Sequence record: OR786310.1 | Origin: Escherichia phage ETEC-TG | Strand: one strand, 5' to 3' | Length of the DNA stretch: 64,000 bases | Part shown: piece by piece, positions 9,277 through 18,775 of the stretch | Position numbering within the stretch: the stretch's first letter is position 1 | How the letters are laid out: each line of letters begins with the position of its first letter | The notes under the pieces: generated by a model | Database searches by the model: none | The model's input: only the letters and a program-made list of their open reading frames with translations | Told to the model about the DNA's origin: nothing | Translations under genes and position numbers: made by a program

Positions 9277-9969
9277 TTAAATAGCGGTTTCTTCGAAATC
9301 CGCCACATTTACGAGATTAATATTTTCAGATTTAGAAGTCAAGTTGTTTTCTGCAACAGATTTTTCTTCAGTATCCGCCTCGTTACCTGCCACGTTACGA
9401 GGTTCTTCTTCACCGTAGGGATTACCGAATTTCAAAAGATTGATTAATTCTTCTTTGGAGAAGTTTTCTAAATCATCATCTGTTAATTCAATAATCTCAT
9501 CTTGTTCTTCAATAAATGTTTCACCACCAGAAAAAGCATCTCGCTTTTTAGCTACTTCCATAGCCTGTTCTGGTGTTGCTCCTGCATCAAGAGCAGCTAA
9601 AGCAAAGTCTGACCCGCTTCCTACCGCATAATATTCTTCATCAATCGGATATGCACGTGTTGGGTTGTTACCTTCGTGCAGGAAAATACGTCCGTCTGGA
9701 TGAACAACAAGTGCAATAAACTCTTCATCTTCTTTATCTGGATCAGAGTGAATCATCAAACCAGGGACAGCATCACGTGCTGCTTCGCACTGTAGATTTT
9801 GTTCAAACCATTGAAAGAAAGAAAGCACGGAGGTCAGACGACCAGCACCACCTACAAGGTAATCTCCAATTTTTCGGACCTTTTTGAAATTAATAGAATC
9901 TACACGTCCACCAAAAGTTACCTTACCGTCACTCAAAATCTTATTTTTGGTCGCAATAATTGTCGTCAC
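9277..9969 (-). CDS. HslV-like (ClpQ) Ntn-hydrolase peptidase with acidic C-terminal extension
   Basis: MTTIIATKNKILSDGKVTFGG...KKVRK...GGAG...GSGSDFALAALDAG follows the HslV pattern (Thr2 nucleophile, GSG motif); about 90 extra D/E-rich residues at the C-terminus. Confidence 0.6.
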   Translation of the reverse strand: MTTIIATKNKILSDGKVTFGGRVDSINFKKVRKIGDYLVGGAGRLTSVLSFFQWFEQNLQCEAARDAVPGLMIHSDPDKEDEEFIALVVHPDGRIFLHEGNNPTRAYPIDEEYYAVGSGSDFALAALDAGATPEQAMEVAKKRDAFSGGETFIEEQDEIIELTDDDLENFSKEELINLLKFGNPYGEEEPRNVAGNEADTEEKSVAENNLTSKSENINLVNVADFEETAI

Positions 9970-10472
9970 TATTCTTCCTCCTCTGTTAATGTTTTAAGAA
10001 CCGCTTTCCCGCCATTCACATATTTGCAGATGTATTCTATCGCACGTAGTGTCTCTTTGTCAACAAAAATTTGATCAGACGTTGCGAGCGGGTTATTAAG
10101 AAGATCACTGCAATCACGAACAAGCAGTGCTTTCTTATTAAACAAATTACTTAAGAACAGTAACTTCGCCTCTTCTTCTGTTATGTGCAGAAGGCTAGGA
10201 TCGGAGCCAGCTATTCCTATTATACAATCAAACAAGCTTTCTTTACTATCAGAAAGTTCTTGAAAATGGTTTAAAAGCCAATCTTCTCCTAGACACCAAC
10301 ATTTAAACATTTCCAGTTTATCTCGGAGGGTCATATTCTCTAAAGTAAGAGCAATCTCTTTTTCAATATGGTTTACACAAATTTGACGAAATTCGTTAGG
10401 TTTTACGAGTCCCGTTTGATAGCACTCATCTATACCGCTTCTTCCGATAGCTATTGTTGCTACACCCATCAA
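9969..10472 (-). CDS. hypothetical protein
   Basis: 167 aa ORF. Confidence 0.4.
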   Translation of the reverse strand: MMGVATIAIGRSGIDECYQTGLVKPNEFRQICVNHIEKEIALTLENMTLRDKLEMFKCWCLGEDWLLNHFQELSDSKESLFDCIIGIAGSDPSLLHITEEEAKLLFLSNLFNKKALLVRDCSDLLNNPLATSDQIFVDKETLRAIEYICKYVNGGKAVLKTLTEEEE

Positions 10473-10504
10473 TCCTCCTTATAAATGGCTTCCCTGCCAC
10501 ATTA

Positions 10505-11264
10505 TTAAATAAACACTTCAGTAATCAGTTTAGACAAACGTCCACGTTTATTATCGTCCGTTGTCAGTTCAACATATCCAATAAAATCTACAATTGGCTC
10601 ACGAACACCTTCTTCATTCTCTGGATATAAAAGTTCCAAAATTTGATGCAGACCATTGCTACGTTTTTTAATTGCATATGTCTGGCGAACATCGCCTAAT
10701 ACAATAACATGCGTATTAATACCTGCACGTTCAATAAGAAGTTTAAGTGTTTCTGTTGACATAAGTTGTGCTTCGTCAATAATGACGATTGTATTATCCA
10801 GGGTAGCCCCCAACAAATAGTTAGGAATATTCAATTCGATCTTACCTGATCCAATATCGTTTTCCAATTTGTTGGCTGTCATGAATTGCTGGAAAATACG
10901 TTTTGTAGATTCATAGTGTGCTGCTAGTTTATCTGTTTTATCCCCAGACAAGAAACCAATCTGGTCATCTCCGACTTCAGTAGGGTTCTTGATAAAAAGT
11001 AGTTTACGGAAGTCTCCTGAACGAAGCATCTGCAAAGCTTTCCATAAAGCAACAGAGGTTTTACCAGTCCCTGCCGGAGCATTTACAACAGTCAGATCAT
11101 TCCAAATCATGCTTTGAACAATCTTATTTTGGTCCCCTTCAGGCATAAATTCATCTAAACGGTAATCGTCATTACCTACCGCTTTTGCTGCATAACGGCT
11201 TTCAATCTTTGCTGAATTAGCCAGTTTCTGCCGTTGTGTTTTAGCTGCGGTTTTATTTCCCATA
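10505..11264 (-). CDS. phoH: PhoH-like ATPase
   Basis: Walker A NAPAGTGKTSVAL and PhoH-like layout. Start moved to MGNKTAAK preceded by AAAAGGAG; the longer track ORF begins inside an upstream hairpin. Confidence 0.85.
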
Positions 11265-11300
11265 GTAGCACTCCTTTTAGAAGGGGCCGAAGCCCCTTTA

Positions 11301-11801
11301 TTAGTTGTAAGCATCTAAAGTTCCAGAAGTCAGAACTTTAATTACTCGTTCAGCACGGTTTGGCGTCTGGCTATACCATCGGCTTTTACGCATGTTTTTA
11401 CCTGCTTGAGTATAATATGCATTGCTGATTAAAGTCAAGCTATTTTGAAACCCTTCAGCACCTTTTAACCCCAACTGGAAAACCATGTTGATTATTCCCA
11501 ATTTACGAGTATCACTAACCTTATCATAGATTGGTGATAAGATAGTACTGTTTTTTATGTCTCTCTTCACTTTTGCAACATCGTCAGCAAAGATTTGACG
11601 GGCTTCTTTTTCTGTGATAACTCCATTAGTCTTACGACCAAGAAGATTATCTAAGATTTGAATAGCCTTTGCTTTATCTTTTATTTTAGTCAGAAGGTGT
11701 CCTATACCGACTGTCCAATAACCAAGATGGTCTTGATAAACAGTAAGCTTCAGTCCTTCATCGACTCGTAGCATATCAAACTCATCTACTACTTTAGCCA
11801 T
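11301..11801 (-). CDS. endolysin, T4-type lysozyme (GH24)
   Basis: N-terminus MAKVVDEFDMLRVDEGLKLTVYQDHLGYWTVGIGHLLTK matches the T4 lysozyme catalytic region (E11/D20/T26 context). Confidence 0.9.
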   Translation of the reverse strand: MAKVVDEFDMLRVDEGLKLTVYQDHLGYWTVGIGHLLTKIKDKAKAIQILDNLLGRKTNGVITEKEARQIFADDVAKVKRDIKNSTILSPIYDKVSDTRKLGIINMVFQLGLKGAEGFQNSLTLISNAYYTQAGKNMRKSRWYSQTPNRAERVIKVLTSGTLDAYN

Positions 11802-11963
11802 TTACTTCCTATTCGTCGTCTCCTACTCCGTGATCCAACTCGTTAAACAACAGATGTTCTGGAGAAGTTTCACGTTTTGGTTTCGTTTTCTTTATGTTGG
11901 ACTTCAGCTCATTTGCCAAAGCACGAGAAAAGATCTTACGTTTCTGTTTACTTTTCATAATTG

Positions 11964-12224
11964 TTACTCCGCAATTTGAGCCATGAGATCACGCAGTTCG
12001 GTAAAACCGCCTACGTATGTTACCTCCCCGTTCACTTCAGACAGAATTTGTGGAAATGTGCGTGGAGGAACTCCGGTAAGATCAACAACTGTTTTAGTCA
12101 TTGATTCTAAATCATAGTCTTGATCAAGACTTAAATATTCAAACTGTTTATTGCGCATGGTTAATAGTTGTTTTGACATTTCGCAAAATTGACAGTTAGG
12201 TTTACCAAAAATTACAAATTCCAT
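11964..12224 (-). CDS. glutaredoxin/NrdH-like redoxin
   Basis: 86 aa with N-terminal CQFC (CxxC) active site in thioredoxin-fold context. Confidence 0.75.
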   Translation of the reverse strand: MEFVIFGKPNCQFCEMSKQLLTMRNKQFEYLSLDQDYDLESMTKTVVDLTGVPPRTFPQILSEVNGEVTYVGGFTELRDLMAQIAE

Positions 12225-13066
12225 TACCTCTCCTTATTAAGTAATACTGCTAAAGACTGTTCAATACCTTTATTTAAATCTGATTTTGTAAGATAGTGAC
12301 TGGTTACTAGTTGTGACTTCACCGGACGTGCTGCTGGAGCATTATAGGTTGAAGCTGATACCGCCGATATCTTAACAGGTTCTGGCATCTGTGTCAAGAT
12401 CTTTTCCGCAAACTCCGCCCAAGAAATAAAATGGCTTCCTGCAAAATGGTAAGTCTTAACAGACCTTGACCAACCTGTTTTTAATACTTCAAAAATAGCT
12501 TCTGCTAAATCTGGAGCATATGTTGGACAAGAGAACTGATCAGCAACAATAATAAAATCACGTTGTCCATCATTATAGCGAGACAACATCGTTTTTAGAA
12601 AGTTATTTCCAAATTCGCTATATACTGAGGCTGTTCGAATAATATATGCATTTGGGTTAACTCCTCGCACCATTTTTTCACCAAGTTCTTTCGTATACCC
12701 ATAATTGTTTATTGGGTTAGGTGTAGTATCTTCAAAAATAGGATGAGAATAATTAAAAATATAGTCTGTAGAAATATGCACAAAATCAATTTTAAGTTTG
12801 CTGCACACTGCCGCAATATTTGCAGGTCCATACGCATTAACAGCCAAAGCAGTAGCAAAATCATGTTCCGCTTTATCTACAGCCGTATAAGCAGCGCAGT
12901 TAATAACACCGTCTACATAATCTTCAACAATAGCGTTTCGCACAGCTTCAAAATTTGTAATATCTACACGTTCTTTAGGATAAATTAAAGATACATTTGA
13001 AGGAACCACTTTACGTAAAGCTTGTCCCAGTTGTCCATTACCACCCAATACCAGATATGTTAGCAT
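12224..13066 (-). CDS. rmlD: dTDP-4-dehydrorhamnose reductase
   Basis: N-terminal Rossmann GGNGQLG, STDYIF and YGYTK (YxxxK) motifs typical of RmlD. Confidence 0.8.
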   Translation of the reverse strand: MLTYLVLGGNGQLGQALRKVVPSNVSLIYPKERVDITNFEAVRNAIVEDYVDGVINCAAYTAVDKAEHDFATALAVNAYGPANIAAVCSKLKIDFVHISTDYIFNYSHPIFEDTTPNPINNYGYTKELGEKMVRGVNPNAYIIRTASVYSEFGNNFLKTMLSRYNDGQRDFIIVADQFSCPTYAPDLAEAIFEVLKTGWSRSVKTYHFAGSHFISWAEFAEKILTQMPEPVKISAVSASTYNAPAARPVKSQLVTSHYLTKSDLNKGIEQSLAVLLNKER

Positions 13067-13626
13067 ACACCCTCACTACGCAACTGTTGAAAAGATTTAG
13101 CCATTGCATCTTTTGTTGATAAGATAGGTTTAAAATCTTCATCAAAAATCATATCAAAGCCCCAATCGATCCCTATATCAGGATCATCCCAACGTAAACT
13201 TTGTTCGCTAGAAGGGTCGTATGGAGTTGTGCATTTGTATTCAAAGATAGCATCCATACTCAAAACTATAAAACCATGTGCCAAACCAGGTGGAAGCCAA
13301 AATTGCGTATGGTGTCGTGCACGAAGAACAACACCGTCCCAAGCACCGTAAGTTGGACTATCTTTACGTAAATCTACAGCGAAATCCAATACTTCTCCAC
13401 TTACACAACGAACAAGCTTACCTTGCGGGTTGTTTGTTTGGAAGTGCATTCCTCGCAAAACACCGAAGTTTGATTTAGACATGTTATCTTGAACGAAAGT
13501 TTGTCTACCAATAATATCTTCGTATTTTTGTTCATTGTATGTTTCTAAAAAGAAACCACGATCATCTTTATAAACGTCTGGTTTGATAATTACCGCACCT
13601 TCAATTTTTGTTTTTTCTACTTTCAT
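13060..13626 (-). CDS. rmlC: dTDP-4-dehydrorhamnose 3,5-epimerase
   Basis: DDRGFFLETY and RGMHFQ cupin motifs characteristic of RmlC. Confidence 0.85.
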   Translation of the reverse strand: MKVEKTKIEGAVIIKPDVYKDDRGFFLETYNEQKYEDIIGRQTFVQDNMSKSNFGVLRGMHFQTNNPQGKLVRCVSGEVLDFAVDLRKDSPTYGAWDGVVLRARHHTQFWLPPGLAHGFIVLSMDAIFEYKCTTPYDPSSEQSLRWDDPDIGIDWGFDMIFDEDFKPILSTKDAMAKSFQQLRSEGVC

Positions 13627-13635
13627 TTTCTCTCC

Positions 13636-13962
13636 TTACCAGACATGTTGAGAAATAATAGTTTCCGTTTTAATGTTATATTTTTCAAGTAGCTCTGCAT
13701 AGGCTTCTTTTGCATTCTCATTTAATTGCTCAAGATCTACAGCTACGCTTCCTTCTCCGCCTTCTAAATAAATACCATATATGCAATAAGACTCATCAGC
13801 ATCGTAGAAAGGAGAGATGCGACTTAAGTCCAGACCTTCTTGTAAGAACCAGTTAAAATCTCCGTCAAATTCTTCTTCAATTCTAGGATCTTCTCCTACA
13901 GCCTCTTCCCACTTATTAAAAGGTGCACCCTGTAACATACGCCATTCGATATCAATACCCAT
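13636..13962 (-). CDS. hypothetical acidic protein
   Basis: 108 aa ORF. Confidence 0.4.
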   Translation of the reverse strand: MGIDIEWRMLQGAPFNKWEEAVGEDPRIEEEFDGDFNWFLQEGLDLSRISPFYDADESYCIYGIYLEGGEGSVAVDLEQLNENAKEAYAELLEKYNIKTETIISQHVW

Positions 13963-14254
13963 TTTTCATCTCCTCCTCTTGAGCAGCTTTAATAATTGCT
14001 TCATAAATATCGTAAGCAATGCCTCCACAACATCTAGCTTCGAAAGCTATTGCTTCTGCAATGTGGTCTGTTAGTTCTCGTGGAATTCGGACATACTCTT
14101 TTTCACTCTCCATCTTCTACCTCCGACCCTGCTTTTTCAAATACTACTACTCGTCCTTCACCATGACAATTCAGGCAAGGAAATGTTACCATAATTTCCA
14201 CTTCCATCTGTCCAGTCCCACCACACACAGGACAAAAAATAAGTTTTTCAGCCA

Positions 14255-14464
14255 TTATTCCTCCTTAATTATTTCAAACTTGGCAACACCATTTACAATA
14301 ATATGACCACAAGACATAACTCCTAGCCAAGGATCGCCGTTTTTCTTCAGGCGTTTACCGAATACATCACAAAAACCATTCTTCATTTCGGAGGCTTCAT
14401 AAGAAGCCCCTTTGTCAAAAACGTCTTTGAATGTGTCGATTATACCAACACATCTCAAAATCAT
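14255..14464 (-). CDS. hypothetical protein
   Basis: 69 aa ORF immediately downstream of nrdB. Confidence 0.35.
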   Translation of the reverse strand: MILRCVGIIDTFKDVFDKGASYEASEMKNGFCDVFGKRLKKNGDPWLGVMSCGHIIVNGVAKFEIIKEE

Positions 14465-15549
14465 TAGAAGTCAAGCTCCTCATCATCAGAGAGATCTTTG
14501 TTAGCTGAATTCAATTTGTAATTAGTTAACTGAATCTCTTGGGCTGCTGACTGAATCAAATCAGGATTCAACCATTTTTCCATCCAAGCTAAAGGACTAT
14601 GTTTAGGTGCTTTAAACTTGGCTTTCATTTTCAATCGACGATAAATAGGAGCAGCATTGAAATAAACCCACTGTTTAGACAATTCGGCGTTAAGACCTAC
14701 AATAAAACGACCTTCACTAAACAGGTAGTCACACCACTGTTCCTCTTGTTCAACAACAGTGTCGAGGATCAAAGTCAACTCTTCAATATTGTCTTCGTAA
14801 ATTTTACGCCAAATTGGGTCATGCATCAATGCATCAATTACAGCATAATCCATCTTAACATGCAAGATTTCATCTAGCATAATTTTCTGGATCAGCTTAC
14901 AAGCCCCAACAAACAATTGTTGTTCTGCCATAGCAAAAGTAGCAGAGAAGGAAGATATAAACTGAATACCTTCTAATCCAATCAGGGCTACCATCCCTTT
15001 AAGAATCAGCAATCGAAGTTCATCGTTAGCTTCAATCAATCCTAGAGCATACTTATGACCAGCTTCTTCCAACTGACCCATGATATCAGCAATGATACCC
15101 ATACGATTGAAAATTTTATCATTAATCATAATCTGATTGATGACTTCAATTGGATCTGGAGTACATTGACGGATTATTTCAGAATACGTTAACGCATGGA
15201 GAACTTCCATTTCACTCTGCTTCATCATCATAGCACAGGCTTCATTGTTACTCAAGAATGGAGAGAACAAAGTGATGATTGATTTTGCAAGAGAATCATT
15301 TTCCCATTGGAACGATAAGTTTTTAATCATAACATCGTAGTTGTTTTTAGAACAAGCTACGAAATCTTTACGTGTCTGATCCAAGTTAACTTCGTTTTCA
15401 TCCCAATCTTGTGCTTTTTGAAGTTTGTAGAGTTTGTGCATTTCTGGATAAGTTACGTTAACAGAATCAAAGATCCCTAATTGCTCCCCCAAAAATACTG
15501 GATATTTTCCTGTTTTGTAAACTTCGTTGTGTAAATTAATTGCTGCCAT
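14464..15549 (-). CDS. nrdB: ribonucleotide reductase class Ia small subunit
   Basis: 361 aa with diiron/tyrosyl-radical R2 layout, RBS GAGGAG, adjacent to nrdA. Confidence 0.9.
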   Translation of the reverse strand: MAAINLHNEVYKTGKYPVFLGEQLGIFDSVNVTYPEMHKLYKLQKAQDWDENEVNLDQTRKDFVACSKNNYDVMIKNLSFQWENDSLAKSIITLFSPFLSNNEACAMMMKQSEMEVLHALTYSEIIRQCTPDPIEVINQIMINDKIFNRMGIIADIMGQLEEAGHKYALGLIEANDELRLLILKGMVALIGLEGIQFISSFSATFAMAEQQLFVGACKLIQKIMLDEILHVKMDYAVIDALMHDPIWRKIYEDNIEELTLILDTVVEQEEQWCDYLFSEGRFIVGLNAELSKQWVYFNAAPIYRRLKMKAKFKAPKHSPLAWMEKWLNPDLIQSAAQEIQLTNYKLNSANKDLSDDEELDF

Positions 15550-15565
15550 TTAAAATTCTCCTCGA

Positions 15566-15590
15566 TAAAAAGGGGCCGAAGCCCCTTTAT
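15566..15590 (-). terminator. UUCG-loop hairpin plus U-run between homing endonuclease gene and nrdB
   Basis: Minus-strand GGGGC-TTCG-GCCCC followed by TTTTTAT, then the nrdB RBS. Confidence 0.55.
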
Positions 15591-15592
15591 AT

Positions 15593-16249
15593 TTAGCCTC
15601 GAAATACTGTTTTTGTTTCCGCCAGGTGCCAATAGAAATCCGCCTTGTTTACAAGAGTGTTGTACACCTCTGGATAAAAATGTTCTTCCTCTTTGTAACG
15701 ATCCGCTGTTTCCCTGATTGACTTAGCTTTATCCTTTAGCCAAGCGAAGTGTGCCTCTTCCTCTGTAGCGAAGTAGCCTAAATGCTTACCTTTACTTCCA
15801 GAAGCTTTTGCATAAATCTTACCATCTTTCCTAACATGTGCTCCTAGTAAGTATTTTCTTTCATACCTTTTAGCATAACTTAAGAGTGTATTTATGTAAG
15901 GAGGAACAAACCTACAATATTCAGGACAATAAACAGTATTTCCTTCAAGAACAAGATCTTTATCTAAAACAAAGCCTTCCACGCTATGTTCTTGATACCA
16001 GTTATCAAAGTTTGAAAAGGTGAACCAAGCATCACACACGGTAACATCTTTATAACCTGGTCTAATGTTTTCCATACGATATGCACGATTAAACATACCT
16101 TTCCAAGCTGCATAAGAAGGGTCTATGAATGTATTAACCCTTTTCCCATTGATAACACCACCTTCCCACAATCTACGTTCAACATCCACAATCAAGGGGA
16201 TTTCTCCCCTCTCTGTGAGAACGGTAACTTTACGTTTACCCTTCTTCAT
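15593..16249 (-). CDS. putative HNH-AP2 homing endonuclease (possibly degenerate)
   Basis: Sits between nrdA and nrdB; C-terminal LGYFATEEEAHFAW is AP2-like; central VLDKDLV...CPEYCRFV resembles an HNH-family core with altered catalytic residues. Confidence 0.5.
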   Translation of the reverse strand: MKKGKRKVTVLTERGEIPLIVDVERRLWEGGVINGKRVNTFIDPSYAAWKGMFNRAYRMENIRPGYKDVTVCDAWFTFSNFDNWYQEHSVEGFVLDKDLVLEGNTVYCPEYCRFVPPYINTLLSYAKRYERKYLLGAHVRKDGKIYAKASGSKGKHLGYFATEEEAHFAWLKDKAKSIRETADRYKEEEHFYPEVYNTLVNKADFYWHLAETKTVFRG

Positions 16250-16260
16250 CTGTTCTCCTA

Positions 16261-18504
16261 CTACATTTTACAGGCACTACACCCTTCGTCTTCAGAATCT
16301 TCTTGTGCTAAAGAGTCTGCTGATTTTGTTCTACTATTAAGGTAATACAACGACTTACCACCCAGTCTAGCAAAATTCAGAATAAACTGCATCTCAGCTT
16401 TCACTGATAAACGTCCACCTACCAATTTAGAATAATCTAGCCAAGAATCACAAGAAATTCCTTGGTCCGTAAACTTGGTAAAGATACCATACATTTCTGC
16501 AAGGTCTTTAGCCGGAGTGTCCCAGGCGGACTGGTAGAACATTTTCAGTTTTTCGTAGTCTGGAACAATAAATAATACACTACCTTTCTGACTTTGTTTA
16601 TACATAATAGTATCACGAACAGGATACAGAGAGTTAGTAGTATTGCTTACCAAACTGCTGGACTCATTAGGTGCGATAGCAGCCAAGACACTGTTACGGA
16701 TACCACCTTGTTCAATGATTTCAGCACGTAAGCCTTCCCAGTCCATTTTAAGATCAAAATTACCGATACTATCTACTGTTTTAGCATAAGTGTCAATTGG
16801 TAGCCAACCTTGAGGCCATTTGGTCTTATCAATCCATTCCGCATTACCTTTTTCCTTAGCCAGACGCAGAGAGGCTTTTGCCAACCAGAAGTAATGACGT
16901 TCTGCAAGTTCATGCATTAATTTTTTAGCATAAGCATCTGAATAATTTACAAAATTACTTGCCAAGTAATGCGCTAAGTTTGTAATGCCTACACCAATAG
17001 ATCTACGTGCTTTAGCAGTTATTTCGTTATGTTTAAATGGATAATCCATTGTTTCAATAACATTGTCAATTGTCAATACAGTGTAGTATGCAACATCCTC
17101 ATATTCTTCAGGTAAGACACGACCAGCAACAATAGAAGATAAGAAGCATAAAGCCAATTCTTGATCTTCTGTATTCTCCCCAGTAAAGAGATCCGGCATA
17201 CTGTGGAAAGCTTTAGTTGGTAAGAAGATCTCTTGACACAGGTTTGATTGATACACCGTATCCAGGAAAGGTGTATGGTTGTTAACGTTGTCAGCAAAGA
17301 ACATGTAAATACGTCCTGTTTCTGCACGTTGAACAATAATCTCTGTCAGAAGATCACGAGCCTTAACAAATTTTTTCTTAATGCGACGACGACTTACTTT
17401 GTCATAAACTGCATCAAACTCCTCTTCACTTTTATACAAAGCTTCATAAAGTTCAGGAGCATCATCACAACTAACTAACATCCAATCTTCGTTTTTTGCT
17501 GCTCGACGCAAGAACGAACGGTTAACAACAATAGAATAATCCAGTTTGTCTACTCGTTTATCTATAGGTGTTGTTGGATTTTTCAGTCGAATCAGATCGT
17601 CGAAGTCTGGTTCAAGTATGGTAAAGGTAACTGTAGCACTACCTCCACGGCTTGCTTGCTTCGAAGCTCCAACACTATCTTCCATCCATTTCAGATACGG
17701 AAGAAGACCACCATGAATAATACGATTATTCTTAACACCTTGACCTGTGGCACGAGTTTGAAGATTAACACCAATACCTGCGTTATTCAACGTATACTCA
17801 TGAGCTAAGTAATTAGCAATGGCTAAAGACTCTGCTGTGTCATCTGCACGGAATAAACAACAAGACGCACTTCCTTTGATTGGAGTTCGTAGAGTTGTCA
17901 GATATGGTGATGGCAGATTAATCTTAAGATCGCTAACATAAGTATACAGTTTTTTAATATCTTCTATACGGCGTTCTTTTGGTTGGATCTCCATAACCTT
18001 CATTGCGATACCAATGAAAAGAAACTGTGGAGACTCATGCACCACATCGTTTACTGCATCTCGGATAAGATATTTATCCACCATCTGACGTAAAACAGAA
18101 TAGCCATAAGTTAGATTTTTATTATGCTTTACAATCTTACCAATTTCTTTGATCTCTTCATCAGTATAATCCATTTTAGCCCAATGTCCACGTTCTACCA
18201 TATCATGATAAAAGGTATTCAGTGAAGGGATACTGTGGTATCCCCCATGAGCCTGTTTGTAAATCATACCCAGAAGAAGTCTTCCTGCCATATCACTGTA
18301 AGCTTGTGTTTTCTTGTCAATACACGCTGCAATCATTGCTTTATGCAGATCACGTGTAGACACACCGTCATAACACCGCTTCACAGCTTCTAATTCAATT
18401 TCAGACCAGTTTAGTTTACCTGCTGCAAATTCAGACCACTTGCGAAGTTTTTCTGGATTAAACTCCTCTGTCTTACCGTTAGATTTAGTTACAAAACGAA
18501 TCAA
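16261..18504 (-). CDS. nrdA: ribonucleotide reductase class Ia large subunit
   Basis: 747 aa, N-terminal ATP-cone-like region (VTKSNGKTEEFNPEKL), size and context with nrdB. Confidence 0.9.
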   Translation of the reverse strand: MIRFVTKSNGKTEEFNPEKLRKWSEFAAGKLNWSEIELEAVKRCYDGVSTRDLHKAMIAACIDKKTQAYSDMAGRLLLGMIYKQAHGGYHSIPSLNTFYHDMVERGHWAKMDYTDEEIKEIGKIVKHNKNLTYGYSVLRQMVDKYLIRDAVNDVVHESPQFLFIGIAMKVMEIQPKERRIEDIKKLYTYVSDLKINLPSPYLTTLRTPIKGSASCCLFRADDTAESLAIANYLAHEYTLNNAGIGVNLQTRATGQGVKNNRIIHGGLLPYLKWMEDSVGASKQASRGGSATVTFTILEPDFDDLIRLKNPTTPIDKRVDKLDYSIVVNRSFLRRAAKNEDWMLVSCDDAPELYEALYKSEEEFDAVYDKVSRRRIKKKFVKARDLLTEIIVQRAETGRIYMFFADNVNNHTPFLDTVYQSNLCQEIFLPTKAFHSMPDLFTGENTEDQELALCFLSSIVAGRVLPEEYEDVAYYTVLTIDNVIETMDYPFKHNEITAKARRSIGVGITNLAHYLASNFVNYSDAYAKKLMHELAERHYFWLAKASLRLAKEKGNAEWIDKTKWPQGWLPIDTYAKTVDSIGNFDLKMDWEGLRAEIIEQGGIRNSVLAAIAPNESSSLVSNTTNSLYPVRDTIMYKQSQKGSVLFIVPDYEKLKMFYQSAWDTPAKDLAEMYGIFTKFTDQGISCDSWLDYSKLVGGRLSVKAEMQFILNFARLGGKSLYYLNSRTKSADSLAQEDSEDEGCSACKM

Positions 18505-18520
18505 CTTCTCCTCCCTATTA

Positions 18521-18775
18521 TTAATGCATATTCAAAACATCTACATCATAACCGAACTTCATTTCATTAAAAAGTCCATTAGCATATAGAAAACCTTCAA
18601 AATGAGTTATGTCATCAAACCCTTTTGCTTTTGCTCGACGGTCTGCTTCTTGTCTTTTAGGAGATAAACGTTTTGAAGTGTCTAGAATTACAGTTACATT
18701 ACAACCAACAGTTTCATCAAAATAGACTTCGATTTCACAGCCTTCATATTTATTATCAGTCATTGTCCCTCTCAT
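18521..18775 (-). CDS. hypothetical protein
   Basis: 84 aa ORF. Confidence 0.35.
   Translation of the reverse strand: MRGTMTDNKYEGCEIEVYFDETVGCNVTVILDTSKRLSPKRQEADRRAKAKGFDDITHFEGFLYANGLFNEMKFGYDVDVLNMH

Noticed and set aside
10505-11314. Extended PhoH start (MLTTNKGASAPSK...)
   Set aside because: The first 17 codons are the translation of a GGGGC-TTCG-GCCCC hairpin and overlap the lysozyme gene; MGNKTAAK at 11264 has a proper RBS.
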